Of a stretch of 64,000 nt of DNA, positions 9,348 to 18,209 are shown piece by piece. The stretch is from an uncultured Eubacteriales bacterium (GTDB lineage Bacteria; Bacillota; Clostridia; Peptostreptococcales; Anaerovoracaceae): the NCBI GenBank assembly GCA_902798745.1, contig CADBXM010000007.1:11317-75316 (forward strand), in the 5' to 3' direction. How positions within the stretch are numbered: position 1 is the first letter of the stretch; each line of letters opens with the position of its first letter. The position numbers and the translations under genes were made by a program. The notes beneath the pieces are model-generated. The model did not search any database. It was not told the DNA's origin and worked only from the letters and a program-made list of their open reading frames with translations.

Positions 9348-10250
9348 TCAGCCTTCAATTTTGATCACAGGAGCCCCGGTTGCTATCGGCGCCATATTAC
9401 CCTTATAAACAGCATAGAAAGAGGACTTTGATGATTTCCGCCAGCCGGTGAACACAAAGTTCTCTTTTTTAGGGACGATCGCATCCAGAGATTTTTCGCC
9501 ATCGATCCTTACGAGCATAGGCTCTTCACTGTTGTTGAGGTTCATGGTCACGTCAGAATCTTCTGCTATCTGCACTTTGTGTTTTTTGCCATCAGGGGTC
9601 GTATAAGTCACAGGAAAGGTGTAAGGATGCGGGCTTTCCACCACCACGACGGCATGCTTTCCCGGATTGATCAGTATGTCTCCGACAGCAAGATTATCGG
9701 AAGAGTGGATATATTTCTTTGATGTAAATTTATAGAACTGTCCGGTCGCTTCTATGTCAGTCGGCATATCTCGTGTCATCCAGAGTCTCGGGACATTGAT
9801 GCCGGCAGCATTGAGGCATACCGAGATAGCGCATGAGCACGTAGTCTCGCAGTTCTTTTTTATTGCAGAAACATCCCAGCCGGCCTTTTTGGCGGCATCG
9901 TAAAAAGTGCCGCGATCTTTGTCGTTCTGATCGTATCCGATGTGGTCATTATTGCATGCGTCTGCCATCGTCGCGGCAATGATGCGAGCTTTATCGGGGT
10001 CCTTGCATCTGTAGACATACTGCCAATGCTCTGATTGAAGTGCGATAGGGCTGTATTTCCATTTTGAGATCATCACTTCTTTCTTTGTCTGATCCCCGGC
10101 CTTGTTGTTTTTATAGGATTTTTCGCCCTTTCTGGCCTGTCCGTATTTGACATGCGAAGCTGCATAAGCCGGCGCAGGCAAAGCGGTCCCGAAAAAGGAG
10201 AATATAAGGAAGGCAGATACCACGATGACCAGCAGTTTGTTAAGCTTCAT
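9348..10250 (-). CDS. Secreted putative cysteine-type cell-wall hydrolase with a C-terminal 'FTGW' (Listeria-Bacteroides-type) repeat
   Basis: Signal peptide MKLNKLLVIVVSAFLIFSFFGTALPAPAYA. The motifs ...CETTCSCAISVCLNAAG... and ...VGDILINPGKHAVVVVE suggest a Cys/His papain-like arrangement. FVFTGWRKS lies near the C-terminus. A strong GGAGGAGG ribosome-binding site is present. The start overlaps the 3' end of the upstream gene by 11 nt. Confidence 0.45.
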   Translation of the reverse strand: MKLNKLLVIVVSAFLIFSFFGTALPAPAYAASHVKYGQARKGEKSYKNNKAGDQTKKEVMISKWKYSPIALQSEHWQYVYRCKDPDKARIIAATMADACNNDHIGYDQNDKDRGTFYDAAKKAGWDVSAIKKNCETTCSCAISVCLNAAGINVPRLWMTRDMPTDIEATGQFYKFTSKKYIHSSDNLAVGDILINPGKHAVVVVESPHPYTFPVTYTTPDGKKHKVQIAEDSDVTMNLNNSEEPMLVRIDGEKSLDAIVPKKENFVFTGWRKSSKSSFYAVYKGNMAPIATGAPVIKIEG

Positions 10251-11076
10251 CAGTCTCCTCCTCCCTTTCCTTGAACTTGCATGTTTCCGAAACTATCCTG
10301 TACTCGGTGACCTTATCCGAGGTGCCTATGAACCTGAGGTGCATGTTCTCATCGATATCGGCGTCAGTGATATAAACAGAAGACGTTTCTTTGACTTTTC
10401 CCGACGCATCAAGCAGCTCTACCTCCAAGTCCAGATATTCAATACCAAGTCCCGATTCGTTCTTCAGTTCAGCGTCATAATGGCTCACGTTGCCTTCGTC
10501 AGTCCTTTTGAACGAAAGGTTGTCTGTCGCATTGAGAAGCCACCCCTGAGCAAGGATATACGCAGACTCATCGGCATACTGTTTTTTGTCGGGTGTAAAA
10601 TGAAAGTCGCCATTATGCATTTTGTAGAGGACCTTCAGTCTGCGGCCGTAAGGCTCCGAGAAGGCGTTCCAGAATGCGTCCGGCTCTGTGGCAGGATCAT
10701 ATTGTGACGCCGCTTGCTGGCATGCCTTTATCGCCGAAATGTATTCGCTTGCGAGGCGGGAGAGCTCGTCATCTTTATAGTTCTTGTTCGCATATCTGGA
10801 AACAGCTTCCATTTCAATATCTATGAACGCTGTGTCTGTGATACGCCCGGTGGTCTGCAGCTGCAACTCATTAACGGGGAGGTCCCAGCCTTCATAAAGG
10901 GCGTACTCGACGCTTCTCGGGAAGCTCCTGTCTATGCTTGTCATAGTAAGCAGTGTGGCGACTTCGGCAGCGATGATGACGATAGAGACGAATATGACTA
11001 TTAAAAGAACGCGCCGCTTGGAAACGCGCTTCTTCTGTTGCTCTTCATATTCATTTTTATACCTGTCCATCCTCAT
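10240..11076 (-). CDS. N-terminally membrane-anchored protein of unknown function, co-transcribed with the 9348 hydrolase gene
   Basis: A basic N-terminus is followed by one transmembrane helix (VLLIVIFVSIVIIAAEVATLL) and an approximately 230-aa extracytoplasmic domain. A GGAGG ribosome-binding site is present. I recognised no known family. Confidence 0.55.
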   Translation of the reverse strand: MRMDRYKNEYEEQQKKRVSKRRVLLIVIFVSIVIIAAEVATLLTMTSIDRSFPRSVEYALYEGWDLPVNELQLQTTGRITDTAFIDIEMEAVSRYANKNYKDDELSRLASEYISAIKACQQAASQYDPATEPDAFWNAFSEPYGRRLKVLYKMHNGDFHFTPDKKQYADESAYILAQGWLLNATDNLSFKRTDEGNVSHYDAELKNESGLGIEYLDLEVELLDASGKVKETSSVYITDADIDENMHLRFIGTSDKVTEYRIVSETCKFKEREEETDEA

Positions 11077-11231
11077 TTAACGGATCAGACCTCCACTTTG
11101 TATGACTGCCCGGCAAACCTTGTCAGGCTTTGTTGCATCAGCTGTAATTATAGGAGATACCATGCGGACAAACAAGGTAAATTTATGCTTCTGAGACGAC
11201 AGTTTCGATTGGCGCCTGAGACCGCGGTCTG

Positions 11232-11260
11232 TTGATTTTGCATATGATACATATTAGAAT
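11232..11260 (+). promoter_or_regulatory. Candidate sigma-70 promoter for the 11324 ATP-grasp gene
   Basis: TTGATT (11232-11237), a 17-nt spacer, then TAGAAT (11255-11260). Confidence 0.35.
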
Positions 11261-11323
11261 ATATCATGAAGAAAAACGTAATCTGACAGGCTCCCAAGCA
11301 GGAGAAAATACGATAAAAACAAT

Positions 11324-12946
11324 ATGGCAAGAGTATCATGGCTCTGGAGAATAGGACGATCGGTGAAGGCGCTCTTCGTGAATGACGAGAAAGCCGGTAC
11401 AGCCGAGAGGATCGAATTTTCACAGAAGCAAGTAGACAGGCGTGACAGAAAAAAGAAAAGAGGCATAAAGCAGAGCGGATATGAAGAGATGATGCAGGAT
11501 TCCGGTCTGACGCAAAGCGAACTTGATGAAAAGCTCGCTCGTTTTCGTGCGATGGATATCACGCATCTTAGCTTCTACAGATTCAGGGCCAACGGCTTTT
11601 ATAAAATGACCGATGAAGAGGCTGCAGAAGCTCTTCGTGGTATGAAGAGATCAGTAGAGATCGAAGAGGATCTCAAGTGGGACTTCAGGCAGATCGATCT
11701 CGGTAAAAAGAGTTATGAGGAAGTGCAGCCACGAATAGATGAGCTGAAAGAGCTTGAATCGAGGCTCATGACGCCTGCGGCCAAGAAAGAGATCGCCATG
11801 AAGGCCGGGTATCTGCACCCTGAGGATATGAATGAGGAGCAGATCGACAATGTCGCGATGGACATGGAATTTACCAGGCGCATACTCAGGTACAGCCACA
11901 ATGGATATGTAGAATTCCACTTTTTCGAGAAGTCTATTCCCGAGAGGCGTGAATTCATAAACGGTCATGAGAGAAGGATGCTGCTCCCTCTGGTCAATAC
12001 AGATGAGAGTATCGCCATACTCGATGACAAGCTGATGACATATGAGCGCCTTAAGGACTGGTTTGGCCGCGATATGGTCAACATAGGCAGCGAGAAGGAC
12101 TGGTTCAGGTTCAAAGCGTTTTTCGATAACAACGAGACCGCTGTGATAAAGCCGAGGTTCGACTCCCTCGGCAAGGGCATAAAGCTGATCCGCAAGTCAG
12201 AGATAAAAAACATGCGCAAGACTTTTATCGAACTGATAGATGACTACCGCAGGTTCCTTATGGAAGGTTTCATCGATGCAGCCGATGAGATAAAGGCGCT
12301 CAATCCCGACTCGGTGAACACTGTGCGCATCATCGCGTACTACGATGGAAAAACCACATCGATCAGAAGCGCATCGATGAGGATAGGCAGGTCGGGATCT
12401 TTCGTGGATAACGCAGGTGCCGGAGGAATCACTGTTGCGATCGACAGGGAAACGGGAATGATCGACAGCGACGGCTGCGACGAGAGAGGCTTCAGATATG
12501 AAAAGCATCCCGATACCGGCATCAGATTCAAAGGCTATCAGCTGCCGAAATGGGACAAGGCCCTTGAGACGGTATATAACGTTGTGGACAAGATAGAAGG
12601 GGCCAAATATGTTGGTTGGGATCTTGCCTGCACTTCAGACTACAGATGGGTCATTGTAGAAGCTAACGGCAAGACCGGGTTCTTCGGAGCGCAGGCTCCT
12701 CACGACCTGGGACGACGCAGAGAATTCCTTAACACCATCGGAGCTGATCCAAAAGGCGCGCTATATGAAGAGGTGGCGCTTAAGATGGCGCAGAGAGTCA
12801 AGGAAGAATATGGCATTCCTGAAGAGGAGACCATGGAAAAACTAAGACACTTTGAATCGCTGGGTCTCGACGGTCGCTTGTTTGAGCGGAACCGCGCGTG
12901 GGAGCTCACGGATGAAGAGTGTATAAGCAGATTCAGCAAACTGTAA
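11324..12946 (+). CDS. ATPgrasp_ST-like protein (short form: ends after the first post-core helical module)
   Basis: The stretch GSFVDNAGAGGITVAIDRETGMIDSDGCDE is identical to the 6748 paralog. The conserved leader MARVSWLWRIGRSVK... is present. The protein has one ATP-grasp core. Confidence 0.75.
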   Translation: MARVSWLWRIGRSVKALFVNDEKAGTAERIEFSQKQVDRRDRKKKRGIKQSGYEEMMQDSGLTQSELDEKLARFRAMDITHLSFYRFRANGFYKMTDEEAAEALRGMKRSVEIEEDLKWDFRQIDLGKKSYEEVQPRIDELKELESRLMTPAAKKEIAMKAGYLHPEDMNEEQIDNVAMDMEFTRRILRYSHNGYVEFHFFEKSIPERREFINGHERRMLLPLVNTDESIAILDDKLMTYERLKDWFGRDMVNIGSEKDWFRFKAFFDNNETAVIKPRFDSLGKGIKLIRKSEIKNMRKTFIELIDDYRRFLMEGFIDAADEIKALNPDSVNTVRIIAYYDGKTTSIRSASMRIGRSGSFVDNAGAGGITVAIDRETGMIDSDGCDERGFRYEKHPDTGIRFKGYQLPKWDKALETVYNVVDKIEGAKYVGWDLACTSDYRWVIVEANGKTGFFGAQAPHDLGRRREFLNTIGADPKGALYEEVALKMAQRVKEEYGIPEEETMEKLRHFESLGLDGRLFERNRAWELTDEECISRFSKL

Positions 12947-12967
12947 AAGAGAGGAGACAGACCGGAA

Positions 12968-13402
12968 ATGACAATAGGATATACGACAGGAGTTTATGAT
13001 CTGTTCCACATAGGACATCTGAATCTTCTGAAAAACGCCAAGGGCATGTGTGACAAGCTCATAGTAGGCGTGACGGTGGACGAACTTGTCGAGTACAAGG
13101 GCAAACAGGCAATGATCCCGTTTGAGGACAGGATAGAGATCGTCAGGAGCATCAAATACGTAGACGCGGCGGTCCCTCAGTATGACATGGACAAGCTTGC
13201 TGCATGCAAAAAGCTTGGAGCAACATACCTCTTTGTCGGCGATGACTGGTATGCCACAGAGAAATGGCAGGAATACGAGAAAGAATTCAACAAAGAAGGT
13301 ATCAAGATCATCTACTTCCCTTACACAAAGGGCGTATCCTCGACAAAGATATCGGAAGCGTTGAAGGCGGTCCGCAAGTCTTCTCTGCAGGATGTGAAAT
13401 AA
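12968..13402 (+). CDS. tagD: Glycerol-3-phosphate cytidylyltransferase
   Basis: GYTTGVYDLFHIGHLNLLKNAK (HxGH motif) and YTKGVSSTKI (RTxGISTT-like motif). The protein is 144 aa. A GAGAGGAGA ribosome-binding site is present. Confidence 0.85.
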   Translation: MTIGYTTGVYDLFHIGHLNLLKNAKGMCDKLIVGVTVDELVEYKGKQAMIPFEDRIEIVRSIKYVDAAVPQYDMDKLAACKKLGATYLFVGDDWYATEKWQEYEKEFNKEGIKIIYFPYTKGVSSTKISEALKAVRKSSLQDVK

Positions 13403-13418
13403 ACTCAAGGAGAGCCGG

Positions 13419-14456
13419 ATGACAGTCGACCCTGTTTATTGCGCAAGCTCGTTCTTTCAATTCAGGATGATAGAAGACGACGATCACATATTTGCGCCGG
13501 GTGTTTACCCGCGCCGTTTTGACATACCCGAAGGAAGGACTCCCGTGCACGACAGCACAGAGCTTGAGGTAGCGCTCAAGGCATCCGTAGACAAAGATCT
13601 TAAGAGCGGAAAATGCGCGCTTATGCTGAGCAGCGGCATAGACTCAGCCATACTGGCTCGTATGATGCCGCGCGGCACCAAGGCTTACACACTGAGATGC
13701 TGCGCTCCGGGAGCTGTCGATGAGACGTCCCAGGCAGCGCGCTACGCCGAGATATGCGGTCTCGACCATGAGATAATAGACATCACATGGGACGATTATG
13801 TCAGATATACACCGGGGCTTCTCAGACATATGGGGCAGCCTGTGCATTCCATAGAGCCCCAGATACATAAGGCGGCTCTTACAGCAAAAGCTGCCGGCTA
13901 TGATACGCTGATCTTCGGCGAGACGGCCGATATTATATACGGCGGACACAGCATACAGCTTTGCAGAGAATTTGAGCTGGACGAGTACATAGTTTATCAC
14001 AATTTCATAGATCCGCGAGTAGTACTGAAAGAAGGCGTCATAATAAGGGAACCTTACGAAAGACATTTTGTGAACGGCAGGATGGACGTATACGGTTTTC
14101 TGAACGATGTGCATCTGAGGCAGTCGCCTAATTCGTATGTCGACGCATGTTCTCTTGCGGATATCAGATTCTCGGCGCCTTATCTCACTACGGAACTGGC
14201 GGCTCCTCTCGACCTTGCCCGTATCCGCGCAGGTGAAAACAAGTACCTTGTCAGAGAGTTGTTCCACAGGCTCTATCCCGATATGGGGCAGCCGAAGAAA
14301 CTCCCTATGCCACGGGCGCTGGAACAGTGGATGGCGGATTATCCGGGGGCATCGAGGCCCGAGTTTTATCCCGGAGCGGGAAGGGATATGAGCCCCGACC
14401 AGAAATGGTACGTTTACATAACTGAAATGTTTATGAACATGGTATTGGACAAATAG
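13419..14456 (+). CDS. Asparagine-synthetase-C-terminal-domain-like (PP-loop adenylating) enzyme without a glutaminase domain
   Basis: ALMLSSGIDSAILARMM is an SGGxDS-type PP-loop. The 345-aa length leaves no room for the N-terminal Ntn glutaminase domain. An AAGGAGA ribosome-binding site is present. Confidence 0.55.
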   Translation: MTVDPVYCASSFFQFRMIEDDDHIFAPGVYPRRFDIPEGRTPVHDSTELEVALKASVDKDLKSGKCALMLSSGIDSAILARMMPRGTKAYTLRCCAPGAVDETSQAARYAEICGLDHEIIDITWDDYVRYTPGLLRHMGQPVHSIEPQIHKAALTAKAAGYDTLIFGETADIIYGGHSIQLCREFELDEYIVYHNFIDPRVVLKEGVIIREPYERHFVNGRMDVYGFLNDVHLRQSPNSYVDACSLADIRFSAPYLTTELAAPLDLARIRAGENKYLVRELFHRLYPDMGQPKKLPMPRALEQWMADYPGASRPEFYPGAGRDMSPDQKWYVYITEMFMNMVLDK

Positions 14457-14488
14457 CTCAAAGCAGGTCCTTTACCGGGGAGACGGAA

Positions 14489-17308
14489 ATGGCAAAAACG
14501 TCACTGCTTTGGAGAATAGGGAGATCAGCCAAAGATGCCTTGTTCGATATTGAAAGAGCCGGCACGGAAAAGCGGATAAAATTCTCTCGGAAGCAGGTAA
14601 AGAGAAGAGACAGCAAAAAGAAGAAACGGATCGATGATGCCGGGTTCGAGCTCATGACCGCAGACAGCGGTCTCACAAGGAAAGAGCTCGAGGACAAGGC
14701 TTCTCAATTCCGTACTTTTGGCATATGTGATTTCAGCAATTACGAATTCAGGGCGTATGGCCTGTACAAAATGGACGATGAGCAGGCGAAGAAAACGCTC
14801 GCTTTTAAGAAGTCTGCGGATCAGCTCGAAGAAGACCTGAACTGGGATTTCAGACTTATCGATTTCGGCAAACTGACATATGAGGACGTGTCTGACAAGA
14901 TACAGCAGTTCAAGGACAATGTATCCCATCTCCTCACTATGGACGCCAAGAAGGAGGTCGCGCTCAAGGCCGGATACCTTCATCCAGAAAACATGAGCGA
15001 TGAAGAAATCGACGATCTCGTAAGAGATATGGAATTCACAAGGTGCATACTTCAGTTTGGTCACGGGGAATATGCAAGGTTCCATTTTAAGGATAAGTCG
15101 ATCATCGAAAGGCGTGGATTCGTTTCTGACCGCGAAAGGAACCGACTGCTGTCCGCTGTCAATAGTGATACGAGCATAGCCGTGTTCGATGACAAGATGA
15201 TGACGTATGAAAAGCTGTCTGAGTTCTACGGACGCGATATGATAAGCGTCAACAGCGAGAAAGATTATTTCAAGTTCAGAAACTTCTTTGAAAAAAACGA
15301 AAAGGCTGTTATTAAACCGAGATTTGATTCGCTCGGCAAAGGAATAAAACTGATCAATAGGTCGGAGATCGACAACTACGGTAAATATTTTCTTGGACTC
15401 GTTGATGAATACCGTCGCTTTCTCATGGAGGGATTCATCGAAGCTGCCGATGAGATCAAAACGCTCAATCCCGATTCCGTCAACACAGTACGTGTGATCG
15501 CTTACTATGACGGGAAGAATACATCGATCAGAAACAGCTCCATGAGAATAGGGCACGCCGGATCCTTTGTGGATAACGCGGGCGCCGGAGGGATCACAGT
15601 CTCCGTGGACAAGGAAACCGGAGTCATCAATAGCGACGGATGTGATGAGAATGGTTTCAGATATGAAAAACATCCCGACACAGGAGTCACACTGAAGGGA
15701 TATCAGCTGCCGGCGTGGGACAAAGCCCTTGAAGTGGTTTACGCAGTGTCGGGAAGGATAGAAGGAGCCAGGTATGTCGGCTGGGACCTTGCCTGCACAG
15801 CAGACCATGAATGGGTGTTAGTAGAGGCAAACGGAAAGACAGGCTTCTTCGGAGCGCAGGCACCTTACGGTAAGGGGAGAAGAAGTGAGCTCCTTGAGAC
15901 GATAGGCGCAGATCCGAGGGGAGAACTATACAACGAGGTAGCCCGCAGGATGGCAAAGAAAGTTCGCGATGCGAACAAGATACCTGTAGAAGAGACCATG
16001 GACAGACTCTCGCACTTTGAGAGCCTTGGTTTGGACGGACGCTATTACAGGCCATATCGCGCGTGGGAACTCAGCGACGCGGAGTGCCTTGAACTAAAAG
16101 AGGCGCTTGAAGGAAGAGAAGCATACGGAAAGAAGAGAGAGCAGGACGTCTGCAGGCTGATATCCGCTAAATACGGACTCGATGAAGAGGATGTGAGAAG
16201 AAAGTACAGACTTGCTCTGAAGGAAGGATATAAAGAATTCTGGTTCCTTGCCGACGGCATCTTTATGCTGACAGATGATGAGATAAAGGCTCATACACAT
16301 CTTCGGGTCTCAGAAGCCGAAGATGACTGGGAAAGAGATAAGAAAAAGAAGCTGAACGAGATAAAAAAGAAAATCAGGGAGAAAAAACACTGGAGCAAAG
16401 GAAAGTACTCGCTTGAACAGTTGAAAGCCCGCAATAATTGCGGATGCGCCGCGGATGAGTTCATCGTTATGAGGATGTATGACAGATCCCCTGAAGAAGC
16501 TCGAAAATTCATCACGGCCGAAGTCAAGCACAAAGCATGGCTGATAAACGCCTGCACATATGAAGACAGCATGAAGCTTCGCAGCAAGATCAGCTTCAGC
16601 GATACCTTCAGCGAGTTTACGGATCGCATAGTTTTCTCCAACAGAGACATATCGCTTGATGACTTCGAAGAAAAGATCAAAGGCTTGGAGCAAATCGTCT
16701 ATAAGCCTGAAGAGGGCGACAAAGGCCTGGGAATTAAACGGTTCCATGTTAATGGCGCTCCGGAGGAAAACAAGGCGGTTTATGAGTCGCTGATGTCTCT
16801 GGAGCCGGGCGTTGTAGAAGAGTTTCTCTATCAGCATCCGGATATGGCCGCATTCTATCCTGATGCAGTCAATACAGTCAGAGTTATCACCGCTCTTAAG
16901 GACGACAAAGCGTGCGTTGTGATGGCGGCGCTTAGGACCGGGCGATATGGGAACACGGACAACTGGTCGCAGGGAGGCTTGTCTGCAGGGATCAACGTAA
17001 AGACAGGGACGATCGAGACCGACGGAGTGGATCAATACGGAGAGCGCTATGCAGATCATCCGGTGACCGGAAAAACATTCTTTGGCGCTAAGATACCCGA
17101 ATGGGATAAAATAGAAAGAAATTGTTGCGAGGCGGCAAGAAAGTGTCCGGACATCCCGCTTATTGGCTGGGATGCTGCTGTGCTGAGAGACGGGAGAGTC
17201 GTTCTTATCGAAGGAAATCTGTCGTTTGGAACTAAATCGATACAGACTCCGTTTTCTCTGGCTGATGTCGGCCTGAGGGAGCGCTTTGAGCAGTTCCTGC
17301 AGCAGTAA
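14489..17308 (+). CDS. ATPgrasp_ST-like protein with two apparently intact ATP-grasp cores
   Basis: Core 1: LNPDSVNTVRVIAYYDG...GSFVDNAGAGGITVSVDKETGVINSDGCDE...RYVGWDLACTADHEWVLVEANGKTGFFGAQ. Core 2: YPDAVNTVRVITALKD...NWSQGGLSAGINVKTGTIETDGVDQYGERYADHPVTG...IPEWDK...LIGWDAAVLRDGRVVLIEGN. Confidence 0.75.
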   Translation: MAKTSLLWRIGRSAKDALFDIERAGTEKRIKFSRKQVKRRDSKKKKRIDDAGFELMTADSGLTRKELEDKASQFRTFGICDFSNYEFRAYGLYKMDDEQAKKTLAFKKSADQLEEDLNWDFRLIDFGKLTYEDVSDKIQQFKDNVSHLLTMDAKKEVALKAGYLHPENMSDEEIDDLVRDMEFTRCILQFGHGEYARFHFKDKSIIERRGFVSDRERNRLLSAVNSDTSIAVFDDKMMTYEKLSEFYGRDMISVNSEKDYFKFRNFFEKNEKAVIKPRFDSLGKGIKLINRSEIDNYGKYFLGLVDEYRRFLMEGFIEAADEIKTLNPDSVNTVRVIAYYDGKNTSIRNSSMRIGHAGSFVDNAGAGGITVSVDKETGVINSDGCDENGFRYEKHPDTGVTLKGYQLPAWDKALEVVYAVSGRIEGARYVGWDLACTADHEWVLVEANGKTGFFGAQAPYGKGRRSELLETIGADPRGELYNEVARRMAKKVRDANKIPVEETMDRLSHFESLGLDGRYYRPYRAWELSDAECLELKEALEGREAYGKKREQDVCRLISAKYGLDEEDVRRKYRLALKEGYKEFWFLADGIFMLTDDEIKAHTHLRVSEAEDDWERDKKKKLNEIKKKIREKKHWSKGKYSLEQLKARNNCGCAADEFIVMRMYDRSPEEARKFITAEVKHKAWLINACTYEDSMKLRSKISFSDTFSEFTDRIVFSNRDISLDDFEEKIKGLEQIVYKPEEGDKGLGIKRFHVNGAPEENKAVYESLMSLEPGVVEEFLYQHPDMAAFYPDAVNTVRVITALKDDKACVVMAALRTGRYGNTDNWSQGGLSAGINVKTGTIETDGVDQYGERYADHPVTGKTFFGAKIPEWDKIERNCCEAARKCPDIPLIGWDAAVLRDGRVVLIEGNLSFGTKSIQTPFSLADVGLRERFEQFLQQ

Positions 17309-17346
17309 AACGGACACGAATACATAACATATAGAGGCAGAGGGGA

Positions 17347-18183
17347 ATGACAGAAACACAGAAAGTCATACTTGATATTTTCAAAATCACCGCAGACATC
17401 TGCGAGAGGCACGATATACCGTACTTTGCAATAGGCGGCACCTGCCTTGGCGCGGTCCGCCACAAAGGATTCATTCCCTGGGATGATGACATAGATATAG
17501 CGATACCGATACAGCACTTTGATGAATTCTGGGACATCGCCGAAAAGGAATTGCCTCCGGGATATGAGACGTATACGTGCAAAAAAGTAAGGACATACGA
17601 TAAGATCTTCGGAAAGATCCACAATACGGAGACCGCATATATAGAGACAAAAGAGATCGGATACTATAAGGCCTATAAAGGGATTTTTGTCGATATCATG
17701 CCGATCTCGGCGATACCCGACACTGGGGCTGAAAGAGAAGCCTTTTATGATAGTGTGCTGAATTATAAAAAGCTGAACTATTACCGGAGATTCCCATACA
17801 AGGTGGTTCAGTCGAAGCGCAAAAGGACAAGGCTCAAATGGATGCTCATGAGAGTGGCCGGCATGTTCGGCGGATTCGACTATTATTCCGATAAGTGGAT
17901 GGACCTGCTGCGTGCCCATCCTTTTGGCAGCTCATCTCTGACAGGGTATTCGTGGTCCAAAAACATCAGAAAATACACCTTCCCGGCAGACTGTTTCGCA
18001 AATACAGTCGATATGCCATTTGAAGATACAACTATCAAATGCCCGGCGCTTTACGACAAGTATCTGACTCTTCAGTTCGGTGATGACTACATGGAATTGC
18101 CACCTGAAGAAAAGCGGGCGCCACATCGCACTGAAGTGGTAGATGTGAATAAGTCGTACAAGCAATACATACCGTCAAAGTAA
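17347..18183 (+). CDS. LicD-family phosphotransferase (polyol-phosphate / phosphocholine transferase family)
   Basis: YFAIGGTCLGAVRHKGFIPWDDDIDIAIP is the diagnostic LicD nucleotidyltransferase-fold motif. A GAGGGGA ribosome-binding site is present. Confidence 0.8.
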   Translation: MTETQKVILDIFKITADICERHDIPYFAIGGTCLGAVRHKGFIPWDDDIDIAIPIQHFDEFWDIAEKELPPGYETYTCKKVRTYDKIFGKIHNTETAYIETKEIGYYKAYKGIFVDIMPISAIPDTGAEREAFYDSVLNYKKLNYYRRFPYKVVQSKRKRTRLKWMLMRVAGMFGGFDYYSDKWMDLLRAHPFGSSSLTGYSWSKNIRKYTFPADCFANTVDMPFEDTTIKCPALYDKYLTLQFGDDYMELPPEEKRAPHRTEVVDVNKSYKQYIPSK

Positions 18184-18209
18184 CGGTCGATCATCAAAGG
18201 AGAAGACGC

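Noticed and set aside
11162-11194. A 10-codon mini-ORF (MRTNKVNLCF) with a good TAGGAGA ribosome-binding site in the divergent region upstream of the 11324 ATP-grasp gene. It could be a leader peptide.
   Set aside because: It lies upstream of the best promoter candidate (11232-11260). It has no associated terminator/antiterminator structure and no codon pattern suggestive of attenuation. I cannot distinguish it from chance.
14525-15808. Very long antisense ORFs opposite well-supported genes. Examples: 14525-15808 (427 aa), 16310-17359, 17056-17919, 35618-36535, 37488-38255, 50323-51042, 54249-54836, 59538-60326, 62187-62837, 63286-63912 and 12842-13408.
   Set aside because: In every case the opposite strand encodes a protein with clear family motifs (ATP-grasp, LicD, TagF, flippase, YidC-like, L,D-transpeptidase, histidine kinase, TagD). 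The antisense translations are low-complexity or Arg/Ser/Cys/His-rich, with no recognisable domains or ribosome-binding sites. They are typical shadow ORFs produced by codon bias.
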